Assembly (NCBI RefSeq): GCF_035084215.1
Contig: NC_090360.1
Span: forward strand, 16,740,001-16,804,000
Source: Heptranchias perlo
Lineage: Eukaryota
Reading direction: 5' to 3'
DNA: 64,000 nucleotides
Shown: in pieces, positions 51,883 through 63,165 of the stretch
How the letters are laid out: each line of letters begins with the position of its first letter
Position numbering within the stretch: position 1 is the stretch's first letter
Made by a program: the position numbers and the translations under genes
Notes under the pieces: generated by a model
What the model was told of the DNA's origin: nothing
Database searches by the model: none
What the model saw: only the letters and a program-made list of their open reading frames with translations

Positions 51883-54378
51883 AAAATTTTACATATCAAT
51901 GACAAATCCAACACCAGATCAATTTGTAGATTTAGCACCCTTATTACAGGTTTGGGACTTGTTTACTCTTTTTACATGTGGAAATGATCCCTTTTCTATA
52001 AGAGGATGCTACAATTTTATTTATTTAATCACTTTTCACACATTGCTGCTGTTTTATAGCTAGGAGCCAAAAATCCTCAAATTCCAATAATTCCCTTGCA
52101 TGCTTCATCTCAGCATACATAATCCAATCTTAATGTTAACAATGGACATCTAGTAGCATGGAATTGCATGAAATACAAATTTCAATATAATATCATACTT
52201 TAAGTTTTACAAAACCCCCAAGTTGTAATTCCCATTTTAATCATGTCTGTAGACAATACACTAACAGTTGCAAGTCATTTTTGTGTCATGTCAAACCCAG
52301 CAACCTATCAATAGCCCTTTGCTCTTGAAAACTATTATGCTTCAGATTACTACTGTATGTCCAACAGGATGAAAAACCTTCTGGCAGTGAATTTTTACTG
52401 CCCTCTAGCACCAGCTACTGGTAATTTTCTGCTTACATTACAAATGCAGGCAAAGGAAAATGCATTTAGTTCAATGCAAGATTGTTACCCATAGCACACA
52501 CAGCGATATACATGCATGGATACATATAAAATACACTGCATGGCATGTAGCACAAAGATACATTTTAAGCAAACTGAGAAATATAGTGGTATTTCTGTAA
52601 CTAAATTAGTCCATTGGATTTTATTCACTGGTAGCAGCAAGAACAAATTCTTCATCATAAATGATCGGTTGCATTACAGTAGGTGGTTTCATTTAATTTT
52701 CTTTTCTGTGTAGTGCAAATTTTATGTTGAATTTTGCATCTTTTGTTTTCTGCCGCATTAAGATAGCATAACCCGGGTCTAACAATTAACCCTGATCATT
52801 GCTTACCAGAGACCACATAGGATGCCCATTATGCCTCGTGTCACTTTGAAAGAAGGAAAATATCACAATTCTAGGCTACTTTGTACAGGCTAAATTACAT
52901 ATAATGAAAAATGATTCACAGAAAGGAAAACACAAGCAAAACTCTAAATAGCACAATAATTGCAAAACGTATCTAAAAAGAAAGTTCAAAGGATAATCTA
53001 CCCTTTTCAGTTTGCTGCTTTCCTCTTTTGTTGGATCAATCAGCTGAGCCTTTTCTTATTCCTGGGTACTATATGTGGAGTCTTGAGATGCACCTTTTGG
53101 GAGGAGATGTTGTGCACAGAATACATTGGCCCCATACACTCACGGACTTTTATGTCTGCCAAAATTCTGTTTGCTCTTTTACAACAAACTGCCTACCAAG
53201 GAACTGGATGGCACGTTGCTATACCTGAGCTGGAGTGCATGATGCTGACATTGGGTGCCTTCAATGTAGGAATACGTTTTCCTCTGTTTGCTAATTTTAG
53301 CCGAGAATACTACATGTCTACTTATGTAACCCTGGTGTTTTAATCTCTCTCAACTACCACCTTCAAAATACCAACTTCAAGATTCTTGGAGTGTGGCTCC
53401 AACATGTTTACAATCAGTCCAGCAGAATCGGAAATTCTACTCGCTGAAGAGGCCCAGTTATAAAAACAGATTCTCACAAAGGACCATACCTGCCCCTACC
53501 TCTCTGGTTACAACAATGGCTTCTGAATTTCCCTTATAGACAGCGCTGTCCCATCAGTATTAATATAGTGTTCTGTCTGTACATTAGGCAACAGCTTACT
53601 TAATCTACTGTTCTTAATCTCGACAAGCCACACGTGGTCCACTGCGCTGCTAGCTGCGATATTTACCAATCTTCTGTCAGCTTTCAATTTGGTACTATAA
53701 CTGTCAATTTCTAGTAGCGTTATTTTTAATCTAATTACACCAGCAGCAAAAACTCATTATTCATCCCTTTTTGCTGTCAGGGAACTTGCATCAAAGCAAT
53801 GCAGAGAAAGCAGCTCAGCCTCAGGAATGGTGCATAGTTCTTTGCGTGGTAAATGTTATTTATACCATGCACTATAATGTACTGTTTGGCTGGGTCTCAA
53901 CTAGCATGACATTGCAAGTTTCTACTGTCCATATCCTCTCGAAGGAAACTGCATTTTTTCCCTTGTTATTCTATGTTTGAATTATTATCGTACATTATTG
54001 GTCTAGATTGAGTAGCATTATTTTAGCCACAAAACTAGAACACGGGTAATGGTGAGTTAGAACACTGCTTTTTCCTGGTGGTATAATCCAGCCCACTAGA
54101 TGGGATGAAAATCTCCTTTCTTTGCTGACAATAACACACTGTTGAAATGAGTCTGGGCAATCTCATTCCAATAGTGAGCAGAAAATATCTATAATTTGGC
54201 ACCAACATTCAATGAGGCCGGAAAGATGCCTGATGTGAGAAACAGAAATATCAAACTGGCAGAGTAGGGTCTGCTGTTCGGATATTGGGGTTAAGTCATG
54301 TTGCTGGGCCAGAATGGAGGGAATGTGGGATGTGTTAAAGCAGTCATGAGCGTGTTTGAAAGTGAAAAAAATACTTAC

Positions 54379-54393
54379 TTTCCCAGCACCAAC
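54379..54393 (-). other. Candidate 15-nt microexon
   Basis: acttttgcacttttcag|GTTGGTGCTGGGAAA|gtaagtat. Confidence 0.4.
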
Positions 54394-54784
54394 CTGAAAA
54401 GTGCAAAAGTTCACACCAAAAAAAATTGCAAATAATGGTAAAATCGTAGATGGACATAAAGGTTTTATACATTCACATTCACATATATACATTACAGGTG
54501 TGTACTTAAATGTTCTGCAGATTTAATGGTGGATCACACAATATTTAGGTATCACAATTTCAAAATTATTGTAAGTGTAATTTTATAAAAACACAATTGG
54601 TCTTGGTCATATTGTCTTCACAAGAACAAGAGCAGTCACTTGCTGGAATCTTCAAGGAAGTCTAGAACTACATGTGCAGATTCAAACACATATAATCCTG
54701 AATGCACAATGGATTTTCTCTCGTGATTTCACCACCTACATGTAAATAATTCCAGAACATTGTTAAAAAGCACATCAACAGAGG

Positions 54785-55055
54785 ACTGGATAGTGCAGTA
54801 GATTAGATAGTAGCCCGAAACCTCTGGGACCTAGGTTCAGATCCATCCCAAATTGATGGGATGAACATCTCCCTTCCCTACAAAGATCCTAAGGAGTTTG
54901 GGTAGTGTCAATACAGTTCCTAATGGCACAGCACAAAACTGCCACTTATTTGGCATTAAAAAAAGGCCAAAGGATGTTTAGTATGGGAAATGGAAAAATA
55001 TCTCACCATCGCAAGCAGGGGCTGTCCTCTTTTTACCTTGGGGCTGCAGCATAGG
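54785..55055 (+). mobile_element. LF-SINE-like element
   Basis: cctctgggacctaggttcagatcc head; cagttcctaatgg, cacaaaactgcc and ggccaaaggat blocks colinear with 9250-9690. Confidence 0.55.
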
Positions 55056-55069
55056 TAAAGGAAAGGGGA

Positions 55070-55512
55070 AAAAAGAAAGGATTTGCATTTATATAGCGCC
55101 TTTCACGTCCTCAGGACATCTCAAAGCGCTTCACAGCCATCAAAATATTTCTAAAATGCAGACATTGTTGGTAATGTAAGGAGTTGATGCAGCCAATTTG
55201 CGCTCAGTAAACAGCAATGAAATAAATGACCAGATAATCCGTTTTAATGGTGTTGATTGAAATGTTGGCCATGACACCAAGAGAACTCCCCTGCTCTTTC
55301 TCCAATGCTGTCTTGAGATCTCTTACATCCACCTAAGACGGAGCTTCAGTTTAATGTCTCATCTGAAAGATGGCAGCTCTGACAGTGCAGCACTCCCTCA
55401 GTACTGCATTGAAGTGTCAGCCTAGATTATGTGCTCAAGTTCCTGGAGTGGGCCTTGACGCTATGACCTTCTGACTCAGAGGCGAGAGCGTCAACACTGA
55501 GCCAAGGTTGAC
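55070..55512 (-). mobile_element. Full-length Deu-domain SINE
   Basis: Reverse complement of the 8277-8705 type from tail (ttgcatttatatagcgcctttca) to head (cactgagccaaggttgac). Confidence 0.88.
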
Positions 55513-55521
55513 AACATCATC

Positions 55522-56410
55522 AAACTGCATTTATTTTAGCACCTTTAATGTAGTAAAACATCCCAAGGTGCTTCACAGCAGCGTAATCAGATAAAATTTG
55601 ACACCAAGCCACATGAGATATTAGGAGAGGCGACTAAAAGCTTGGTCAGAGGTAGGTTTTAAGGAGCGTCTTAAAGGAGAGAGGTGTAGAGAGATTTAGG
55701 GAGGGAATTACAGAGCTTAGGGTCTAGACAACTGAATACACAGTCACCAATAGAGGGGCAAAGGAAATCAGGGATGCACAAGAGGCTAGAATTAGGGGAA
55801 CTCAGAGTTCTCTGGAGGGTTGTAAGGCTGGGGGAGGTTACAGAGAAAGGGATGGGCAAGGCCACAAAGGGATTTGAGCACAAGGATGAGAAATTTAAAA
55901 TGAAGGTGCTGCTGGACCGGGAGCCAATGTAGGTCAGCGAGCACAGGGGTGATGGGGTGAACAGGACTTGGTGCGAGTTAATATACAGGCAGCAGAGTTT
56001 CGGATAAGGTCAAGTTTACGGAGGATGGGAGATGGGAAGCCGGCCAGAAGAGCATTGGAACAGTCGAGTCTGGAGGTAACAAAAGCACGGATGAGGGCTC
56101 CCGCAGCAGATGGGCTAAGGCAGAGATGTTACGGAGATGGAAGTAGGTGGTCTTGGTGATGGAGAGGAAATGGGGTTGGACGCTCAGCTCTGGGTCAAAT
56201 AGGACGCCGAAGTTTGAACAGTGTGGTTCAGCATCAGACAGTGGCCAAGGAGAGGGATGGAGTCGGTGGCGAGGGAACAGGGTTTGTGGCGGGCACCGAA
56301 GACAATGACTTTGGTCTTCCCAATATTTAATTAGAGGGAGTTTCTGCTCATTCAATACTGGATGTCAGACAAGCAGCATGGCAAATCAAATGCAGTGGAG
56401 GCGGTTAAGG
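55522..56410 (-). mobile_element. L2 LINE 3' fragment
   Basis: NFGVLFDPELSVQPH...SITKTTYFHLRNI and CLDPKLCNSLPKS; reverse homolog of 1360-1972. Confidence 0.9.
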
Positions 56411-57389
56411 CAGTATTGATTATATTTGACTTGCAAATGCTTGAAGTGAAAAATGTTCTGATTCCCCAGACTAACATCCGTTTTTTTGTTGCGCACGATA
56501 TTTGCACAGAAAAAAAAGTACTCCTGTGTATGTTGTACATTTAGGTTGTTTTACAACCATTCATATTTCATAAGTCTACAATAGGCTGCATTTTTAAAAC
56601 AAGGAACAAATACAGCACATACATCAATCACCCATGACTTGCATGCACAGGAGATACTTTACTTGCACCTTACGTGTACTTTAAAATTCCCCCGATATAT
56701 ATTTCTACAGATTTTCTGCACATTACTGCTGACTGTCCAGAACTATTTTGGTCACCCATTGCCTTTAAACACGTAGAAAACTACTTCCACCAGCCAACTT
56801 CCTTCAGAGGAAACAAGAAAGTTCCCAAACCCACAGCATATCCAGATTTTCTTGCTCCCATTAAGATCATATTTTTAAGGTATATAATACAGATCGACTT
56901 ATACACCAAATAATACTATTGCCCTGAACTTTTACTACTTCTCCCACTTTTGCAGATTGTTTAATAAGGCTCTGCATTGTATTTTAACCAATCTGTGTTA
57001 AACTAGGGGCACGATTTCTTCTTTCCATTTGCAGCAAGATTATAAAAGCAAAAAAAGGAACAAGTTTAGGATTTTAACAAAATAGCAAACAGAGGAATCT
57101 TCCTGAAGTTAAAATTGAAGTATAGATAGTGAAGATCTAAAATTTTCACAATATTTCACCTGAAATAAGTTAAGACCATTTCTGTATCTCGTTTGTCCAT
57201 CCACAGATTCACATTGGCAATAGAGTCGCTCGCTAATGCCTTTCAACATACCTCTGCACAAAAGTTCAGACAGAGCTCAGCCAACAGTTTGTGGCACACC
57301 TGCACTGTCACGAACAAACCATCACTGCTCTCCTCACGTATGGCATAAAATCAAAGATGGTACAGCAACATAGTGCGCAATAAACATAC

Positions 57390-57499
57390 CAGAGGCAAAC
57401 TGTGCTCCAGATGGAATCACAAACTTTGTTTTCTCTATGCATCTCGAAGTTGAACTCATGGCAGAGTGAACATGTCTCAGGCTGGTTGTGGAGAATGGT
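57390..57499 (-). CDS. NFU1: NFU1-family exon 2 (110 nt)
   Basis: aattttag| ... |gtatgt. Open frame (G)PFSTTSLRHVHSAMSSTSRCIEKTKFVIPSGAQFAS(V), Ser/Thr/Arg-rich. Phases 2/1 bridge exon 1 and exon 3 exactly. Assigned by phase and composition, as homology is weak here. Confidence 0.72.
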
Positions 57500-58873
57500 C
57501 TAAAATTTAAAATAAACAAAATGAAATTGCACAATCCTAGCAAATCCGACTGCAATAGTTTGTGAACCACACTTTCGCATTAGAATCAAAACACTAGGCT
57601 ATGCTTTCCGAGCTGTTTAGTAGACTATTGTATTAAGAGTTCGGGCTTAAAAAATACTGGCTGGTGTAGGGGATAGGTGGGGGAAACGAGGAATGGGGGA
57701 AGAGGTAGGAACTGTGGAGAGTGATGTGTTTGCACCATCACTTTTTAATTAGTTTTATTTTAAAGAATCACACACACACTTGAATATTATTTATCAGGCT
57801 ACTATTTCCTAGCACTTTTATCTTGCTGGAAAGGCTAGAAATAGAAGCAATTATAGAGATATATATTTTTGGCCTCATAAAGGGTTATAATTAAAACATC
57901 TATAGTGAGTCTGTGCAAAAGAAGCACTAAACCCTGTTTGCATAAACTGTACATCAACACTTCCCTCACATCCCTATGACAAATGAAAATAAGAGTAGTT
58001 CAGAAAAACAAAATATTGTCACTCAACTTACATAGCGTCTCAGTATCAATATGCCTTTGAAAAAAAGTCACACTTATGCCATCTAATTCAATGTTGTGCC
58101 AGTGTATTTCTTCTTTGATATCTTAAATCAAATTGCTGCTGTCACTAGTGGAGAATCTCTTAAAAAAAATTAATGCCTCATCCTATCATTTTATAGCTCA
58201 AAATGCTCTCCAGACTAAAATATACAATCTTTGGAAGGACAAAATCTATGATTTGCACTACTGGGTATTTTCCCACAGTTCAAATGGGCATAGTACAAAA
58301 AATTCACACACCCACCTTTACCGAAATCCTAGTCACAATACCAAGACAATATCCTATGACCAAAAGTTGAAGTTCACACAGTATCCTTTTTGCACTGTCT
58401 TTACTGGAACTAGATCTAATTTAATTTACTAGCCACATCTAATGGCCAGGAAATAAAACAATCAATACTGCACATAGTTAGTTAACTAGAAATAAGGACC
58501 AAACAGAAACACACACAAAGCTGAAAATTCCAATTCTACATAATATTAACTGTACATTCCCTCAACAAAATTACACAGACTCATGTCTAGAGCTGCACAC
58601 TCAGTTTTCAAATTCTGCTGAGGAGACAGCAACGCCCCCTCCCCCACTTCCATCCCCACCGAATCTTACTTTCCCTTTCACAAGAGAACTTAGGCGTTGT
58701 GAAGAGCAACCGGTCAAACTAAATTAATTTACTAAACGTTGATAATATAGACTGGAGGGCAGTCTCTCACTGTTGAGGGGACAGTTCTCTAAGCATACAC
58801 GGAAATCTTGAGGGCACGATCTCCAACGAAGACAACTCCTTTTTGCAAACTACATAGCATGATACATAGTGCC

Positions 58874-58956
58874 GTACTCCCAGGTGACGAACTTATTATC
58901 TCGCTGCTTGTTGTACTCCCAGGTGACGAACTTATTATCTCGCTGCTTGTTGTACT
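58874..58956 (+). repeat. Perfect 39-bp tandem duplication
   Basis: gtactcccaggtgacgaacttattatctcgctgcttgtt at 58874 and 58913, followed by gtact. Confidence 0.95.
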
Positions 58957-59749
58957 GGGTTCTATTTGAAGCTCTTGCATGTTTTCAATTGCTCGGTATT
59001 GATATTTTAATAAACGTACTATTATATTGTAACACAGCCCAAAGGAACTTGCGTGAGGCCAGTTTGTCACTGTAAACTGATATCAGCGGATACAGGATTC
59101 TGGATTTCCAATGATATTACCCAGAGTATGCTGTAGAAAGATTTCACCATAATGTCTTAAAAAGAGTCCCATTATCAACATGTACTGTCCATACTGGTTT
59201 CTGACTTGGATGCTATGCTGATGCTATGTGGCTTCAGGTCATCAGAAACATTTTTTTTATGCGTAACTTTCTACATAGTAGCATCACATCAAAAGCTGGT
59301 ATATTTTAAAGTTGTCTTCATCATTTATTTTAGGTCCCCTCTATAAAGCTCAAGTAGCGGCCATGACAGGTCAAGAACCAGCATGATTTGTTCTAAGGTT
59401 AAGGAAGAGAACAGGAATCTGAGAGTCAGATTAAAAGTAAATGTTCATTGCATGATTTTTTTTAAGCTAGGAAAATTAGGATGTCAAAAGCTCTATTAAC
59501 TTTTAACTAATCAACAAATGCCGTTAAAACAAAGATAAAATTTGCACATCAAACGTGGCGTTCGCTCCGCCATAAGCAATGCTTGCTTTCTGCAGATACA
59601 AACTTTAAACTGCAGTTTCTGTTAGTCATAGCAGCAATGGTGTCAACTTCTGTAAAAACTAGACTTAGAAGAGGATGTTGCAAAATAGTTCAACTTGTGA
59701 CTATCAAATCTTCTATGCTGCATCTTCCCATTTTCACATCTTCTATATC

Positions 59750-60616
59750 TGAGCTTGAGCACAGATAGATAAGGACAGAGATTCAACTTCTAACGGAGTG
59801 AATTGCTAACACTGAGGACTTAAAAGAGAAACGGTTAACAGTCACAGGTAGGTCCCTGACTAGGTGTTAATTATTATGGCTGGAAGTTGACTAACTAGTT
59901 GTAACTAGGATGTGTCAGAAAGGTATATATTATAAGGCTCTTTGCAAAAGCACAGAGCTTGAGCACAGGTAAGGGCAGAGAGTGAGCGGCTATGCAGTGA
60001 ATTGCTCAGAGTGAGGACTTTCAACTGGGAATTTGGTGAGTGTGGCAATTAAGTGCAGAGGGCGAAGGTGAAGCTAAGTGCTTTAAACCAAGGGACTATA
60101 AACTAATCTACCAACTTTTAAAATGTAAATAAAAATACATAAAATAAAAAGACTAAATAATTACTAATTATTTTGAAATCAAGCTAAATCCATTTACTAA
60201 ATATAATTTAGATCTCAAGTGATTCTATTAGTCCTAGAAATAAATTACTGATAATAAATAAATAAATAAAAACTAGAAATGGCAGTACAGGCTGTGTGTC
60301 GGGACTGTAACATATGACAGTCTGTGGACAGTGAGACTGTCCTGGATTGCCACATCTACAGTAAACGTCTCTGGCTTGAGACACTCCGGCTCAGAGTCTT
60401 TGAGTTGGAGTGCAAGTTAGAGACACTCCAACAAATAAGAAATGGGGAGGCAAAGAAGGAGGTCCAGCAAACAATGGTTCTATCCAACAGGTACAAGGTA
60501 CTTGCTGGCTGCAGAGAGGATGCCCAGAATGCAGATCATGACACTGTGGAGCATGAGGCGGTCTGGAGGGGGAGGATCAGAATAGAAAGGTTATAGTCAT
60601 TGGGGATTCTATAATC
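59750..60616 (+). mobile_element. 5' part of a CR1 LINE (5'UTR plus ORF1 zinc-finger/coiled-coil to esterase start)
   Basis: ATG at 60279: MAVQAVCRDCNI*...LETLRLRVFELECKLETLQQIR, then LSNRY and VIVIGDSII. ctatccaacagg...gtacttgct is shared with 18529-18556 (reverse complement). Confidence 0.75.
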
Positions 60617-61704
60617 TAATTACTCAGTGCCAGATGTGTGTGCATTTGGGAGGACGGGAAGACCATGGATAAGTGGCCTCAAACAATTGAAAATCATTAC
60701 ATCATTGCAAAAAAGACCTTTTAACAAAAGTGCTTCCAATTGAAGATCTGCAAAACAGCCTCTACAGAAAAGAAGATTCCATCAATGCAGAAAGATAACA
60801 ACCTCAGAATGATCAAGTCACCTTTTAGAAATTGTGATCACACATTCTATTTAAAAATGTATTTTTATGCTAAATAAGCCAAGTGACAATACTGCGTTTT
60901 TCTTACCCATGAAATTAGGTTGAAAAAAAGCAAGATTTCCCTCAATAATACCCATGTTGAACTTACAAAATTGACAATTATAACCAGTCTCATTTTTGAC
61001 TGAACTGTCCAGAAATTTCTAATAAATCAGACATCAAAAACATGTGATATATTTCAATCTGTGTGTAAATTATAAAATTCATTCACTAAACTGTTATTAC
61101 AGTTTAATAAAATAATTTACACACACAGCAAGATATATCCTCTGCTTTTAAAATGAAAAATATTTTTCACTTAGTTCTGCCTCATGATTTGGAGATGTTT
61201 AAGGTATTCAGCAAAAGAAAACTTCCTCTTCCCCCCCACTACTTTTTTTTCTCCCAGACTGAGATTAAAGGGCCACAATCTTCAGTACAGACATAACAGA
61301 AGAAAAAGTAAAGGCCATCAAGCAGCAGCCTCTCACACCCCAAATCACACTGGCGAACCAAGATCCAGAGATACATCGGGAACAGGTTTATTGATTGCCA
61401 AATGCGAGGAGTTGGAACTCAAATGTCTTCTGCGCCACATTATGGATACCACTGATACAAAGGTTACATCTTTAAATCAAAATGAGGGACACTTGACAAG
61501 TCAGCTTAAACACTGTTTCCAATTTTCCCTGACATATTATTTCTCTCATATCTGTGTCAGTCACATGTACATAATTAGCCAGAATTTCAGCCAGAATAAG
61601 CAACCAAAGAAAGCAGCTAAATCAATGAGTTTTATGATTTAAAATAACAGAGCAACTGTTGACAGCATGGCCAACCTGCATCATGCTATTGGCACCACAC
61701 GATT

Positions 61705-61805
61705 TAGAATTAGTGGTTAGAGTTAGGGTTGGGGTTATTAGGGGTCAGTGGATGGGATAAGAGTTATTGGTTACAGGTTTAGTGATTAGAGGGGCTAGGG
61801 TTAGA
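61705..61805 (+). repeat. Degenerate (TTAGGG)-like repeat
   Basis: ggttagagttagggttggggttattagggg...ggctaggggttag. Confidence 0.65.
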
Positions 61806-62483
61806 AACTGCCATTGATAACACTGTGGTCATCAGATGCACCCTTTAAATAAACATCAGTTGACAGCTCTGGCACATCTGCTACATTCCCCAAAATGTGA
61901 ACAATTAATAAAATGTTAAAAAAAAAAACAGAACTGAACAATCATTTAGGAAGAATGTGCAGTTGGTATAAGGAAACTCCCAGGAAGGAAGAGAAATAAA
62001 TTGAAGAGGGCAGACACGTTTGAGCAATCCCTGCCTGACAAGCTAGAGGCGGCGGTCTGGACAGGATGTCCACACACCTTCAGCAGCAGCTATCAGGCCA
62101 GGTGGACAACGGGAGGAATGGTTTTTTTTTTAAAGTTTGAAACTCCACAAAAATAAATAAATCAATTAAGAAAGTTAATTAACCACAGGAAGCTATACAG
62201 GAACTGCCCCAATACTAACTTATTAGAAACCCAATAGCTATGTGTAAACCCAAGATTATATTGGTTTTAATATAAAATAAAAACAGAAATTGCTGAGAAT
62301 ATATAGCATCTGGGACAGGAGAACATTTCAAAACATAAACAGAGCTTCCCAATGTTTGGGCGGGTGTAAGACCGGCCTCACTTTCCTGATGCTGACAGCC
62401 CCCACCAACAACCTCGATCCCGACTGGAATATTAAAAGTCACACTTAATATGTCCCTGGGAGAGCCCAGGGCCGGTCACGCAC

Positions 62484-62545
62484 CCGCTCACAGGCCGCCA
62501 TCGCCATAGCAGCAACTCCAACCTCCTCCTGCCCAGCGCCGCCAT
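62484..62545 (-). CDS. NFU1: NFU1-family exon 1 (62 nt), mitochondrial presequence
   Basis: gagcgATGGCGGCG... encodes MAALGRRRLELLLWRWRPVS(G), Arg-rich like a targeting peptide. Donor GG|gtgcgt at nt 62, phase 2, matches exon 2. Lies in a CpG island. Confidence 0.8.
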
Positions 62546-63135
62546 CGCTCGGTGTGGGAGAAGGACCCCGCCACTGCCGCTTAACCGACGCCTTTCTCTT
62601 TTCGTCCTGTAAAGACTCACCATCAAATAACACAAACTGCGACGTACTAATTCACCTAATTCCATAATTTAACAATCTATAGTTTCATAAATGAATATAC
62701 AAAAATCAGGCACATTAGAGACGACTCGAAAGGTTGTAAGGCCCCGATGGTTTCTGACTGATTTCTTCCTCCCTTTTGCAAGGCAGTATGAGAGCGGGTT
62801 TGCAAACAGCACGGTAACAAAAAACAAAAACAAAAAAAAATGCAAAATGCCTTTGGTAAATTTTGATTATTTTTATATGTGTGAGTTACTGCTGTTGGAA
62901 AGATTTTTTTAATCGGTGTAAAAAAAAAGGCCGCCGGCGGGATTGCAATGTGATTGCACGGTGTTTTTGTTGCTTGGTGGAGATGTTGGATGTGCGGCTC
63001 CGCGCGGGCACTTCAGTGCAGGCGCGCGCCCGCGCCCGCGCCGCCCGCCCGCCAGCCAGCCCGCCAGCCAGCCCGCGCGGAGCGAGCGAGCGAGCGCGAG
63101 CGCGCGCACACAGCACCACCAGGCTTCCTCCTCCA

Positions 63136-63165
63136 GCCATCCATCCATCCATCCATTCATTCATT
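63136..63165 (+). repeat. (CCAT)n/(TCAT)n microsatellite
   Basis: Read directly. Confidence 0.9.

Noticed and set aside
52960-53343. 127-aa ORF or nested exon in NFU1 intron 2
   Set aside because: Non-ATG start, no recognisable homology, and the minus-strand frame I checked stops early.
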